Below, in pieces: positions 25,411-34,174 of a DNA stretch of 59,026 nt. The first letter of the stretch is position 1. Each line of letters opens with the position of its first letter. A model generated the notes under the pieces. It was not told the DNA's origin and did no database searches. It worked only from the letters and a program-made list of their open reading frames with translations. Origin of the DNA: a virus; the IMG/VR virus record IMGVR_UViG_3300031027_000002, one strand, 5' to 3'. The position numbers and the translations under genes are program-made.

Positions 25411-26184
25411 TTAGACAGCACCACTGGTGGATTTTCCAAACTCGTTTGCGCGGGTCATCGCGCTGGCGATCTTCTCGCGTGCCGACATCGAAGAGAACTC
25501 GCGCACGCTCTTCGTGTCGCGGGGCTTCGGGATGTTCGGGTAGCCGCTCGGCATGCCGCCATTCAACTCAGGATGGCCTGCAACGGAAGGGTTCGTTTCC
25601 TTGTACTTGGTGACGGCGGCCGCGGCGTAGTCGTCCATGCGCTTCTGCTCGCGCTCGGTGTTGACTGCCGTCTCCTTTGCCGTGATGCCGTACTTCTGCT
25701 CCGCCCAATCAGCCACCGACAGACGGCGGCTCTGCGCTTCCTGTGCGAGCGTTGCGGGGTCGTCGGGGAGCGGCTGGCCGAACACTCGCTGGTAGCGGGT
25801 GGACACGCCGAGGGTCTGACCGACGCTGGCGAATCCGTTCACGATCGTCTCACGAAGGGAGTCCATCGGGTCTTTCGCTGCCGGGGTGATGCTGGGAAGA
25901 TCGGGGATGGTGATGCCGTTGAAGCCCTGCGCCTTGACGGAATCGAGGGCGGCCTTCAATGCAGCGTTGGAAGCCTGCAACTGAGCCGTGTTCGCTTCGG
26001 TCATGCCGAACTTGGCGATGTTGTCGTTCACGATGCGGTCGAGGTTCTGAGCCTCTTCCAGTTTCCGCTGCGCTTCGGTAGCCGCCGCCGACATGGATTG
26101 GTCGAACTGCGAGATGATGTCCGCCTTGGCGGTGAGGGTCTCTTCTGGTACTCCGAGCGCAAGTGCGAGTTCGCGTGTCGTCAT
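25411..26184 (-). CDS. Scaffolding-like protein (257 aa)
   Basis: Helical, Ala/Glu/Gln-rich ORF immediately upstream of the capsid gene. Confidence 0.55.
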   Translation of the reverse strand: MTTRELALALGVPEETLTAKADIISQFDQSMSAAATEAQRKLEEAQNLDRIVNDNIAKFGMTEANTAQLQASNAALKAALDSVKAQGFNGITIPDLPSITPAAKDPMDSLRETIVNGFASVGQTLGVSTRYQRVFGQPLPDDPATLAQEAQSRRLSVADWAEQKYGITAKETAVNTEREQKRMDDYAAAAVTKYKETNPSVAGHPELNGGMPSGYPNIPKPRDTKSVREFSSMSAREKIASAMTRANEFGKSTSGAV

Positions 26185-26194
26185 CTAAATTCTC

Positions 26195-26461
26195 CTATGC
26201 TCCTTGGGGCGGCGCCGCCGGAGCGGACTGTTGGGGGTTCCCTGGTGCTTGCTGCGAAGATTTCTGAATGGCCTGAACGAGCGCGCTTACGGCTACTTCG
26301 AGTTCGGGCTGAATGGTGGTGTTCTGAGTCGATATCTGCTTGAGCGCCATCGCGATCTTGCCCAGCGTGTCTTGTAGCGGATTGGCTTGAGGCGAAGCAC
26401 CGCCCCCACCCTGAGGGGAGGGAGCGGATGCTTGCGGGTTGGGCATTGTTGCTGAAGCCAT
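26195..26461 (-). CDS. Pro/Gln/Ala-rich hypothetical protein (88 aa)
   Basis: ORF between the small basic gene and the scaffold gene. Confidence 0.5.
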   Translation of the reverse strand: MASATMPNPQASAPSPQGGGGASPQANPLQDTLGKIAMALKQISTQNTTIQPELEVAVSALVQAIQKSSQQAPGNPQQSAPAAPPQGA

Positions 26462-26479
26462 GACGGTGAAACTCCTGAA

Positions 26480-26596
26480 CTACTTGTGGCGCTTTTTCCC
26501 ACCCTTGTGCTTCTTGCCGCCATGCTTCTTGTGCTTTTTGCCCTTGTGCTCTTTCTCGGAAGTGCCCTTGATTTTGAAGCCGTGTTCCTTCTTCAT
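26480..26596 (-). CDS. Small Lys/His-rich, extremely basic protein (38 aa)
   Basis: Not in track; AAGGAG RBS 7 nt before ATG; MKKEHGFKIKGTSEKEHKGKKHKKHGGKKHKGGKKRHK. Confidence 0.55.
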   Translation of the reverse strand: MKKEHGFKIKGTSEKEHKGKKHKKHGGKKHKGGKKRHK

Positions 26597-26618
26597 GGTG
26601 GAACTCCTTGTCCTAGCA

Positions 26619-26658
26619 AACAGAAAAACGCCTCGCGACATATTCTGTCTGCGAGGCG
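26619..26658 (-). terminator. Intrinsic terminator between the portal-side genes and the capsid operon
   Basis: Minus strand CGCCTCGC-14 nt loop-GCGAGGCG followed by TTTTTCTGTTT. Confidence 0.65.
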
Positions 26659-26699
26659 CTATCGGAACCGTGGGCGGGCGAATGCGGGACTCTATGGGT
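26654..26699. promoter_or_regulatory. Conserved 46-nt element, copy B (partner at 7603..7649)
   Basis: See copy A; on the minus strand it begins at the predicted transcription start of promoter 26705..26733 and runs into the terminator stem. Confidence 0.5.
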
Positions 26700-26704
26700 T
26701 TTAC

Positions 26705-26733
26705 CTTATCACTAAATCGAACTTACGTGTCAA
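26705..26733 (-). promoter_or_regulatory. Candidate sigma70-type promoter TTGACA-17-GATAAG
   Basis: Hexamers read on the minus strand (-35 at 26733..26728, -10 at 26710..26705); same -35 and nearly the same -10 as the 39.5/39.8 kb promoters. Confidence 0.45.
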
Positions 26734-27014
26734 GCACTTACTTCAGAAATAGTTTTTGCGAACAATGCAGTCACCATAATGTCCGCCTCGGAACCATCTG
26801 GGATGCGCGCGATCTGGTCGAACTCGATAACCGTGAGCGTGCCCTGATTGAAGTTCATCTTCAATGGAACCGGGCCCGTCATGCGGCTTGACTGGTACGC
26901 CGCGATGACTCCGGCGAGGACTTCGATGGCCTCTTCGCGCGTCTTGGGGCGCACCTGCTGGCGGACGGTTGAGAAATGCTCGCGCTTGGTCACTACGATG
27001 TCTTCAGCTTGCAT
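26730..27014 (-). CDS. Hypothetical protein (94 aa)
   Basis: ORF with good packing. Confidence 0.6.
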   Translation of the reverse strand: MQAEDIVVTKREHFSTVRQQVRPKTREEAIEVLAGVIAAYQSSRMTGPVPLKMNFNQGTLTVIEFDQIARIPDGSEADIMVTALFAKTISEVSA

Positions 27015-27023
27015 GAGGTCTCC

Positions 27024-27215
27024 TTAGAACGCGGCGATGCGTTCGCCTAGAACGCCAGAGTAGTTGTTCATTATTGCGAGTTGCCGCACAAGGCGTCCCT
27101 GCTCCGCTACTGGTAGTACTTTGAATATATCGGTATCGGTGAACGTATTGAGTTTCTCGATCTTTTCATCCAATTCGGTCTTCTCGTCTACTACGCGCTG
27201 CTGGTGTGGTTGCAT
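27024..27215 (-). CDS. Small conserved-looking helical phage protein (63 aa)
   Basis: Pattern QQRVVDEKTELDEKIEKLNTF...LPVAEQGRLVRQLAIMNNYSGVLGERI resembles a small family I have seen in many phages/prophages; function unknown. Confidence 0.6.
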   Translation of the reverse strand: MQPHQQRVVDEKTELDEKIEKLNTFTDTDIFKVLPVAEQGRLVRQLAIMNNYSGVLGERIAAF

Positions 27216-27226
27216 TTTGGGTCTCC

Positions 27227-29272
27227 TTATGATGTTGAGTTCACTGCGCGAACGTTGCCAGACTGAGATCCCTTACCCTCTGGATGGTTTGGCTTTTTGA
27301 ATGAGTTGGGCCTTCCCCCTCCTTGCCCTTGCTGGGATGCTTCCGGCGGAGGATCAAGACCTAGCTCGTGTTGCTTGGCGGCGATCGTGGCCTTGGCCTC
27401 AAGCTCCCACACGCCGTCGGCAACCTGCTCTTTCTCCCACTTCTTATGCTGGACGTCGTAGTCCTCAATGCCCAGTTTGGCGAAGACGGTCTCGTTGGAA
27501 ATCTTAGCACCCTTCTGGAAAAGCATCATGTAAATCATGCGCTCCTGCTGGTGCGTGATGTTCAACAACTGAGCGGGAGTCGAGATGGTGCGCAGCTTCT
27601 CGCAGAACCACATTGACCTTTCGCGCTTCGATTTATTGCTGACCTTGCTGCGGTCTTCTCCGGTAAGGTGCGAGGGGATAATCGAGTTTGGGTCATTGTC
27701 GAAAGTTTCTAGCCCCACACCTTCAGGTCCAACCATCGAGAGCAAATCTTCCACCGTGTAGAACTGCGCGATGTTGAACTTCAGCATGTTCGCTTGCCGA
27801 TTGTTCGATCGCCAGATGTTCACGGCGATGCCCTTCGCCATAGGGCCAAGGTTCTCCACGAACTTGTCCATCGACTCATCGCTCATGTTGCCCTTGACTT
27901 CGCGCATGCTGGCGAGGTCGGTGAGGCCGAGCGTGGCCTTGATGGACGCCCCGAGAAGGTCGATGCCCTTGAAGTCCGTCTCCGAAACCTCAAGACCTTC
28001 AGGCAGGAGAGAGCGCGTCCACTTGGATGGGTCGCCGCGGCCGCCAAGACGCATGCCCTGCGCATGGAGGAGGTCAAGCTTCTCCATTTGCGTGCGGGCC
28101 ACGCCGTTCGATACGTCATGGCCCAGCGGCGGGTCTTTCTGGACAGCGAGAACAGTGTTCATGTCCGAGATGCGGTCGCGGCGGGCAATCTCTAAGCCCT
28201 TGACGTTCTGGATCGACGAGTAGCCCACCGCAGACCATGCCCAGTCGTTGACGTCGACATGGGATACAGGAATCTCGCCGTGCCAGTTGAAAGCGGTGTC
28301 ATCATAGAGCGGGACGGGAACCCCTGGCGAAGTGATGACCAGTCTAAGCTGGGGGTACATGCGGCAGTCTGCCACACCTGCCTTACGAGATTCGGGTAGG
28401 CCATTTGCAGGGTTGATAGTGACCAGCAGGTCGCCCAGACTTGGTACTTGGTATCCCCAAGACGTTCCGTCGATACCCATCTGTTGAGTTCGCCCGGTGT
28501 CATTGATGCGCAGGTCTCGAATGAAGCTATAGCGGATTTCGCAGTACCGATTTTCCCATCCATTGTGCTCTTCTCCGGTGAAGCGATAGCGGTCGTAGAA
28601 GTCCATGCGCCGCGCCATGCCCAGCGTGCCGTAGTTCTTCCAGTCCATGCGGCCAATCGGCGTAAGCCACTGCTGAAACGCTGGGAAGCGCGCGTGAGCT
28701 TCGGCAACCGGCATTGGGCGTACGATCGTGCCCGCGTAGCAGCCCTGAACGTCGTTGTCGGCCGGCAGTTGCTCGGGCAGGAACTCCCGAGGCCCTAGCG
28801 CATCGAATACGATCTTGCCGCGCCCCCAGCCGTACTTGTCGCGGCTGTACTTCTGCCAGAGATAGCCACGGCCCACCATCGCGTACTGCAGCGTGCGGCG
28901 CATGTTCGAGACGAACTCGGAGTCCCAGTAGGTGAAGCGGAACACGTCGTTGTAGAGCGCGGCGTACTTCGAGAACTCCTCGGCGCGGGAACCCAGCGTC
29001 GCAATCTGCCGCAGGTCGGTGATGGTTTCGACGAATGTGCGGATGTCCGGCTGGAGAAGGTTCGACTCGAGGTCGCGGTCTTGGCCGAGACCCATGAGGA
29101 GCTGAATGTCTTTGTTGACGTTGCGGATACCCGGCTGCGCTTGCGTCCATGCGTCGCCGTTTTGTACAAGCTCCGATATCCATCCAGCCCGATAGTAATC
29201 AGGCGCCTCGCGCGGGGGGCACTGCCAGCTTCGGACTTTATCGCTCTCAAGCGGCAGCACAGAGTTTGGCAC
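27227..29272 (-). CDS. Portal protein (681 aa)
   Basis: Size and position just downstream of the large terminase; no HMM run. Confidence 0.65.
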   Translation of the reverse strand: MPNSVLPLESDKVRSWQCPPREAPDYYRAGWISELVQNGDAWTQAQPGIRNVNKDIQLLMGLGQDRDLESNLLQPDIRTFVETITDLRQIATLGSRAEEFSKYAALYNDVFRFTYWDSEFVSNMRRTLQYAMVGRGYLWQKYSRDKYGWGRGKIVFDALGPREFLPEQLPADNDVQGCYAGTIVRPMPVAEAHARFPAFQQWLTPIGRMDWKNYGTLGMARRMDFYDRYRFTGEEHNGWENRYCEIRYSFIRDLRINDTGRTQQMGIDGTSWGYQVPSLGDLLVTINPANGLPESRKAGVADCRMYPQLRLVITSPGVPVPLYDDTAFNWHGEIPVSHVDVNDWAWSAVGYSSIQNVKGLEIARRDRISDMNTVLAVQKDPPLGHDVSNGVARTQMEKLDLLHAQGMRLGGRGDPSKWTRSLLPEGLEVSETDFKGIDLLGASIKATLGLTDLASMREVKGNMSDESMDKFVENLGPMAKGIAVNIWRSNNRQANMLKFNIAQFYTVEDLLSMVGPEGVGLETFDNDPNSIIPSHLTGEDRSKVSNKSKRERSMWFCEKLRTISTPAQLLNITHQQERMIYMMLFQKGAKISNETVFAKLGIEDYDVQHKKWEKEQVADGVWELEAKATIAAKQHELGLDPPPEASQQGQGGGRPNSFKKPNHPEGKGSQSGNVRAVNSTS
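28034..28064. repeat. 31-bp exact repeat, copy inside the portal gene
   Basis: gccgcggccgccaagacgcatgccctgcgca is also at 33522..33552; encodes AQGMRLGGRG in both genes. Confidence 0.9.
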
Positions 29273-29275
29273 GTC

Positions 29276-29749
29276 CTACCTCAACTCGATCTTGGGGTTC
29301 TCAAGGGCAACATCCCCCGAGGTCTTGGTGGCTTCGTACTTCTCGGCGGCGATGCAGACCTCCTGCCGTTGTCGGGACTCTACCGCGGTGTCGTAGTAGA
29401 AGTCCATCGTCTTTAGGAGCGCGTTGTTGATGTCGCGCTGGCGGGCGGGCAGGGATGCGTTGCGGTCGCGCACGGCGGCCTTGATGGACTCGCGCATCGG
29501 CCTCTCGGCCTCAAGGCGTCGCAGGGCGGTCTCCTGCCGGTCGCGGAGGGACTGCTCGCGGAACTGCTGGGCCTTGCGCTCAATGTCGGAGGCGTGCAGA
29601 AGAAGCTCGGTGCCGTACTTGGTTCCGGGCGGCACTACCGGGGGGAACCCCTCCGGCCCAAAGCCTAGTATTCTCTTGGTTTCAAGGTCGGTGTAGACGA
29701 CCGTGGCTTCGCGGCTGGATAGCTGGACATTATGCTGGCTCATCGGCAT
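29276..29749 (-). CDS. Hypothetical protein between terminase and portal (157 aa)
   Basis: ORF track 29276..29797; start moved to the ATG after the terL stop. Confidence 0.55.
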   Translation of the reverse strand: MPMSQHNVQLSSREATVVYTDLETKRILGFGPEGFPPVVPPGTKYGTELLLHASDIERKAQQFREQSLRDRQETALRRLEAERPMRESIKAAVRDRNASLPARQRDINNALLKTMDFYYDTAVESRQRQEVCIAAEKYEATKTSGDVALENPKIELR

Positions 29750-29762
29750 GAGTGTATCATCC

Positions 29763-32669
29763 TCAGTCAAGTACGACCTCTCGGGTCGCCCATTCATCTA
29801 CCACTTCCTGCATCTTCTTCGTTAGTGGATATCTAGACTGCAGCCTGAGAGCGGTATTCTCGAAATCTCTCAGCGTCGTCCAGCCCATAGCGCAGGCGAA
29901 TACATTGTCGTCTTTTTGCCCTTCTTCATGTTCCATCCGGGTTTGCCCGCCATCCTTCTTCTTTCGCACGAACGTTCCGAGCTGGCGGATAACGATGGGG
30001 TCGTTCAGGATGTACCAGCCCGTGTTCACCGCATCGACGAACCTCTCCAGCAGAATCGACCGAGACCATGCCGTGGTGCGCCAGCCCTCCTTGCTCCCCT
30101 TGTTCGGGTCGATGTTCCCCTTCTGGTCGTAGAACTGCATGATGTGGTGGTACGTGAACCCCATGATCTTCAATTGGTGCTGGCACTCGTCCCCAGGCTT
30201 CCGTACCTGCTCGATCACGAACTTGGGGTCGTTGCCGCCATTCTCGTTCTGCCCGAACAGCACGGCCACGCAAGCGGCGATGCGCGCCATCTGCGGGGAG
30301 TTCACTTTGAGAGACGTGAAGGATGCTACCTGTACCGTCGGGGCTGTGGCGCCGCCGTCCCTGCACACGCTGAGCGCGGCGCGGTCCTCGTTTGGGGTGT
30401 TCAACCCATAGGCGGTATCAACCGAGATTGCGTACTGCACACCGGGTATCGGCGGCTCGTAGATCATCAGCTTGTCGAAGGTTGCGGCGTCGTCCGAGTC
30501 GTCAAACGACTTCATCGGAACCAGCGTCCACTCGTAGTGGTTGCCGTCGGGGGCGTCCCACTCCAGATTGATCCGCTGCTCGGTCCAGTCCACTTCCTCT
30601 TCGTTCGGGCGGTGAGGAGTGTTGTCGCTTCCGATGAGGATCGTCCTGCCGGTGATGGAGTAAGGCTTGTATCCGCGCTCGCGGCCGGCTGTGACCACTT
30701 CGATCGTGTCGCGCTCGAATACGGGGTCATGCTCGCTCTGGAAAGCGTCTTCGGGAGTCGGAGCGTACTGCGAAAGGAACTGGCTCTCCGAGTGAGAGGC
30801 TACGGCTTCCTTCCAAAGGCACTCCCAATACCACTGGAACACTCTGCCCATCTGCCAATGTTGGCCCAGCACGTCGCTGAGATAGGACGTCTGGCGGACG
30901 AATAGTTCGGCGCGGCGGCGCATGCGGCTCGTCGCTTCCGATGGGGCCCAGCCCTCAGGAACCGGGCGGGCGCGGAGCCAGTCCTTCGGAGGGTACAAAT
31001 CCTCAGCGCACGACGGCGGGATAAAGAATGGGGTGAAGCGTCCGCCTTTGTCTAGGTTCTCGGTGTAGTATTCCCATTTCTCCCGCTGCCACGTAGTCGC
31101 CATGCTGCCGGTGCCCTCAAGCACCATGAAGAGGCTGCGGGTGGCGTGGCACGCCGGGAAGAGGCCTTCTTCCAGCACGCGCTTGGGGTTGGCGTAGTCA
31201 CCGAGCTCGCTGATGTGAATGCAACTCGGGCTGTCACCCTGAGCGATACCGACTTCCTGATTACCCGACTGCACGGAGAGCTTGGAGCCGTTCGACCACC
31301 GCGGCTCTTTGGCTTTGATAATCGTCTTTGGCGGACCCAGCCAGAATGGAAGGCGCGTCCACGTCGTGTCGATCATCGCGGCCAGCTTGTCGGACTGCTG
31401 AGCCTGGACGGAAGCCATCACCGCGTAGGTGTTCGTGCGGAAGAGAATGCGGTGTAGGAAGAATTGAGCAACGGCAGTCGAGATTCCGACTTGCCGACAG
31501 TTGTGAGTCACGAATCCTTCGGCGATAAATGTTCCGGTGGATGTTTGAATATCCACCATGCGCTGCTCTGGCAGGAGTTCTATCTTGACCACTTTAGCCC
31601 ATCCCACACCACTGCGCTTACCCGGGAGAGACTTCCCCTCCCACCAGTTTTTCCCTATGAACCTACTTGGTCTTCCTCGTCCGAAGAGGCGGAACAACTC
31701 GTCCATGCGGGACAATCGCAACCTACCCACGGGCTGAGTTCCAAGAACCGAAGAGTCTTCTGGCGTTCTGATGTCTAGTTCTTCTCCAAAGTTATAATCG
31801 CGCTCCCTTAGGTATCTCCGAGCCCTGTTGAACGTTTCTCCAAGCCGTTGAGTTATACAGAAGTCAGCACCCTTGCGGGCCGAGTTGCAGCTTCCTTCTC
31901 CATCCGCCAAACCAGCAAACCATCCATCCTCGTGGGTCGGCTCCTCCCACGGTTTCGTTATCCATCGCACCCTATCGCCGATGCGGAAATCTTCTGCGTT
32001 TCTCCACTGCGTTGTTGTTCCACCACGGAGACATCCCAGCAAGGGATGCTCGGGTCCGCATACCACTTCACGGCCGTCATCCATCGTCAATCGAACTGCC
32101 TTCTCTCTCGTCTCCCACTTTTTCTCGACCGTACACGTCCGCATCTTGCGGTCGTTGCCTTTCCCTTTCGGTGCATACTCGTCTACCGCTACGAGTTGCT
32201 GGCCATCTTTCACGTCGTCCAGGGGAATCCATCTCAAGTCGGCTGTGAGAACTTTGGTCTTTGGGTCCATGCATTTCAGAACGAACAGTTGAATAGCTAT
32301 CTGCTTGTCGTCACATATCGCAAGGAAGTGGAGGAGAATCTTCTGCCCTAGCCGAAACTCAAACGGCAGGATTCGCTCTTCAGCGTTTCGGATCTTTGCA
32401 TAGCGGGTAATGAAATATTCTGCTGAGGCGAAACATAGGTACTGCTCGTTGTCGATCCACCGGCGAATAAACTTTACTTCGTTCTTCGATGGAACTTTTC
32501 CGTCCGCCCACCAGAACGACGCACCGGCCTTGTTGCGCCGCGCGTCCGTAATTGAGTCGATGTACTTGCAGAACTCCTCCGCCTCAACAGGCGTGTGAGG
32601 TTCAGGCATCCAGCCATTCTTTTGTGCAAAGGCTCTAAGTGTTCTCTCTGTGACGGCTTCCGAATACAT
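29763..32669 (-). CDS. terL: Terminase large subunit, interrupted by an in-frame intein
   Basis: Exteins join as LFVLK/CRQVGIST (P-loop, compare T4 gp17 SRQLGKT); Walker B-like SCIHISE; nuclease-like AISVDTAYG...NEDRAALSV. Confidence 0.85.
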   Translation of the reverse strand: MYSEAVTERTLRAFAQKNGWMPEPHTPVEAEEFCKYIDSITDARRNKAGASFWWADGKVPSKNEVKFIRRWIDNEQYLCFASAEYFITRYAKIRNAEERILPFEFRLGQKILLHFLAICDDKQIAIQLFVLKCMDPKTKVLTADLRWIPLDDVKDGQQLVAVDEYAPKGKGNDRKMRTCTVEKKWETREKAVRLTMDDGREVVCGPEHPLLGCLRGGTTTQWRNAEDFRIGDRVRWITKPWEEPTHEDGWFAGLADGEGSCNSARKGADFCITQRLGETFNRARRYLRERDYNFGEELDIRTPEDSSVLGTQPVGRLRLSRMDELFRLFGRGRPSRFIGKNWWEGKSLPGKRSGVGWAKVVKIELLPEQRMVDIQTSTGTFIAEGFVTHNCRQVGISTAVAQFFLHRILFRTNTYAVMASVQAQQSDKLAAMIDTTWTRLPFWLGPPKTIIKAKEPRWSNGSKLSVQSGNQEVGIAQGDSPSCIHISELGDYANPKRVLEEGLFPACHATRSLFMVLEGTGSMATTWQREKWEYYTENLDKGGRFTPFFIPPSCAEDLYPPKDWLRARPVPEGWAPSEATSRMRRRAELFVRQTSYLSDVLGQHWQMGRVFQWYWECLWKEAVASHSESQFLSQYAPTPEDAFQSEHDPVFERDTIEVVTAGRERGYKPYSITGRTILIGSDNTPHRPNEEEVDWTEQRINLEWDAPDGNHYEWTLVPMKSFDDSDDAATFDKLMIYEPPIPGVQYAISVDTAYGLNTPNEDRAALSVCRDGGATAPTVQVASFTSLKVNSPQMARIAACVAVLFGQNENGGNDPKFVIEQVRKPGDECQHQLKIMGFTYHHIMQFYDQKGNIDPNKGSKEGWRTTAWSRSILLERFVDAVNTGWYILNDPIVIRQLGTFVRKKKDGGQTRMEHEEGQKDDNVFACAMGWTTLRDFENTALRLQSRYPLTKKMQEVVDEWATREVVLD
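31500..32273 (-). mobile_element. Intein (258 aa) in the terL P-loop
   Basis: Starts CMDPKTKVLT, ends FVTHN followed by +1 Cys; block-B-like GPEHPLL; one LAGLIDADG-like motif FAGLADGEGS; visibly lower GC than the exteins. Confidence 0.8.
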
Positions 32670-33415
32670 TACTTACCGTCCGTGAGGCGGCGGCGGTCTT
32701 CGCTCCATTCCTCTAGCCGAGTGCTGATGTTCGGGAATGCCTCGTCGAACTTCTCGTCATCCTCGTCGTCGCTGTCCTCTTCCTTGCCCTTCGGTGGCGC
32801 GCCAAGGTTTATGGCGATGCTCTGCCCGTTGCGAGTCGGCAGGAATGTCGTGGCCTCGTGCAGCATTCGACGGCTGGTATCGCCCGCGGGACCGAGCAGC
32901 AGCGCCGTCTCAATCGTCATGTCCACCACGTCCGGGTGCCTCAACACAGAGCGAAGCGCCGACTCCTGACCCTTCACCTGCCGAGCGGCTTGGAAGATGG
33001 CCCCAAGGATTTCCAGCGGTGAAACGTCCGCCAGAAGGCAGATAGCCTCGACCGGGATTCGGTCGCGGTCGCGCTTCGAGACTTTCTTCCATGCCTCAAG
33101 ATAGGCGACGGCGGCGGGGGCAGTAGACCATTTCAGGTAGTGGATGATTTGCTTGCGGGGTACGTTGGTGTCCCCCTTGACGTTGAAGCATGCAATCAGC
33201 GAGTCGGTGATGGGCTGGCAATCTTCTAGGTCGTCGGGGTCGATGTCGATTCGGGCAAGGACCGCTTCCAGTTCCGTGTCTAACTCATGCTTTGGAGGAA
33301 GTGAAGCGCGATTCAAACCTTCCAATATCGTCGGGGAGGGCGGCGTACTCTTCGGGGCTGCGCGCTTCTTTGGTTGCTCCGACTTTGGAGAGGTAGGTTT
33401 CTTCTTGGCTGTCAT
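32669..33415 (-). CDS. Putative terminase small subunit (248 aa)
   Basis: Call rests on position only (immediately upstream of terL with 1-nt overlap); basic N-terminus, acidic C-terminus. Confidence 0.45.
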   Translation of the reverse strand: MTAKKKPTSPKSEQPKKRAAPKSTPPSPTILEGLNRASLPPKHELDTELEAVLARIDIDPDDLEDCQPITDSLIACFNVKGDTNVPRKQIIHYLKWSTAPAAVAYLEAWKKVSKRDRDRIPVEAICLLADVSPLEILGAIFQAARQVKGQESALRSVLRHPDVVDMTIETALLLGPAGDTSRRMLHEATTFLPTRNGQSIAINLGAPPKGKEEDSDDEDDEKFDEAFPNISTRLEEWSEDRRRLTDGK

Positions 33416-33515
33416 CGCGCTTTGGATACTCCACGTCCGCCCATCGTTCTGCTACTGTAGCAAATCTCTCAAGGATATCGAGCGCACGGTCTAACTGTTT
33501 GGCGGTCATCGTCAT
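33285..33515 (-). CDS. Doubtful ORF (76 aa) overlapping the putative terS start by 131 nt
   Basis: The first ~32 residues look helical and real; I cannot decide which frame is used in the overlap. Confidence 0.2.
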   Translation of the reverse strand: MTMTAKQLDRALDILERFATVAERWADVEYPKRDDSQEETYLSKVGATKEARSPEEYAALPDDIGRFESRFTSSKA

Positions 33516-33518
33516 ATC

Positions 33519-33725
33519 CTAGCCGCGGCCGCCAAGACGCATGCCCTGCGCACGAATCCAGTACGAGAGCATGTTCTTGACGTTCACGCCAACCGAGCCT
33601 TCCATGAGGTTGTGGTGCTCGGTGCAAAGATTGGCCCATGGCTTTCCTGCGTTATCGACTTGGAGATGCAATGCTTGGGCGGAGCATTTTGGCTTGTCTG
33701 GGTCTTTCCATGTGCACTGGCTCAT
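33519..33725 (-). CDS. Cys/His-containing hypothetical protein (68 aa)
   Basis: ORF; last 10 codons lie in the 31-bp repeat shared with the portal gene. Confidence 0.5.
   Translation of the reverse strand: MSQCTWKDPDKPKCSAQALHLQVDNAGKPWANLCTEHHNLMEGSVGVNVKNMLSYWIRAQGMRLGGRG
33522..33552. repeat. 31-bp exact repeat, copy at the 3' end of gene 33519..33725
   Basis: Identical to 28034..28064. Confidence 0.9.
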
Positions 33726-34174
33726 GCGTCCTTACCTTTCACGCGACTCTTGGGCGTCCGGCTCAAACCAAGTCCGTCATCCTGCTTTGGGATCACCACG
33801 TTCGATGGGATGGGCTGCGCCGTCTCCCTGCGGAACCGATCGGGCGGCATAGGTTCAATGACACCCTCGACGCGCTCCACTTGGCAGGGCATCCCGAGCA
33901 TCCCTCCGATACCTCCACGGTCGATGCGTCCAAAGTCATCCAGTTCGTAGTCCACCCACCACTGATAGGCCACGTTGTCATCATCGCAGTCCACCCACCA
34001 CGTAGCCCGCACCCGAGAGAACGACTGCGCGTTGAACGAGCACGACCGGCTGAGGCTGGATTCGATGGAGTCAACTGGAAGCCCTGGCACCTTGGCGTGG
34101 ATCATGGCCGCGATGCCCTTGCGGATTTCATCGCCTTCCAGCGGAGCTACTATTTTGATTGGAGCTGCTGCCAT
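33722..34174 (-). CDS. Hypothetical protein (150 aa)
   Basis: ORF track 33722..34282; start moved to MAAAPIKIV behind GAGGGAAG. Confidence 0.55.
   Translation of the reverse strand: MAAAPIKIVAPLEGDEIRKGIAAMIHAKVPGLPVDSIESSLSRSCSFNAQSFSRVRATWWVDCDDDNVAYQWWVDYELDDFGRIDRGGIGGMLGMPCQVERVEGVIEPMPPDRFRRETAQPIPSNVVIPKQDDGLGLSRTPKSRVKGKDA

Noticed and set aside
28527-29250. 218-aa and 151-aa alternative-frame ORFs inside the portal gene
   Set aside because: They are same-strand alternative frames rich in Arg/Ala/Pro/Ser, typical of GC-rich out-of-frame reading, and have no start signals.
29916-30905. 329-aa plus-strand ORF antisense to terL, and 25573..26343 antisense to the scaffold gene
   Set aside because: Same reasoning: junk-like Arg/Leu/Val/His composition, and the sense-strand genes carry recognisable motifs.
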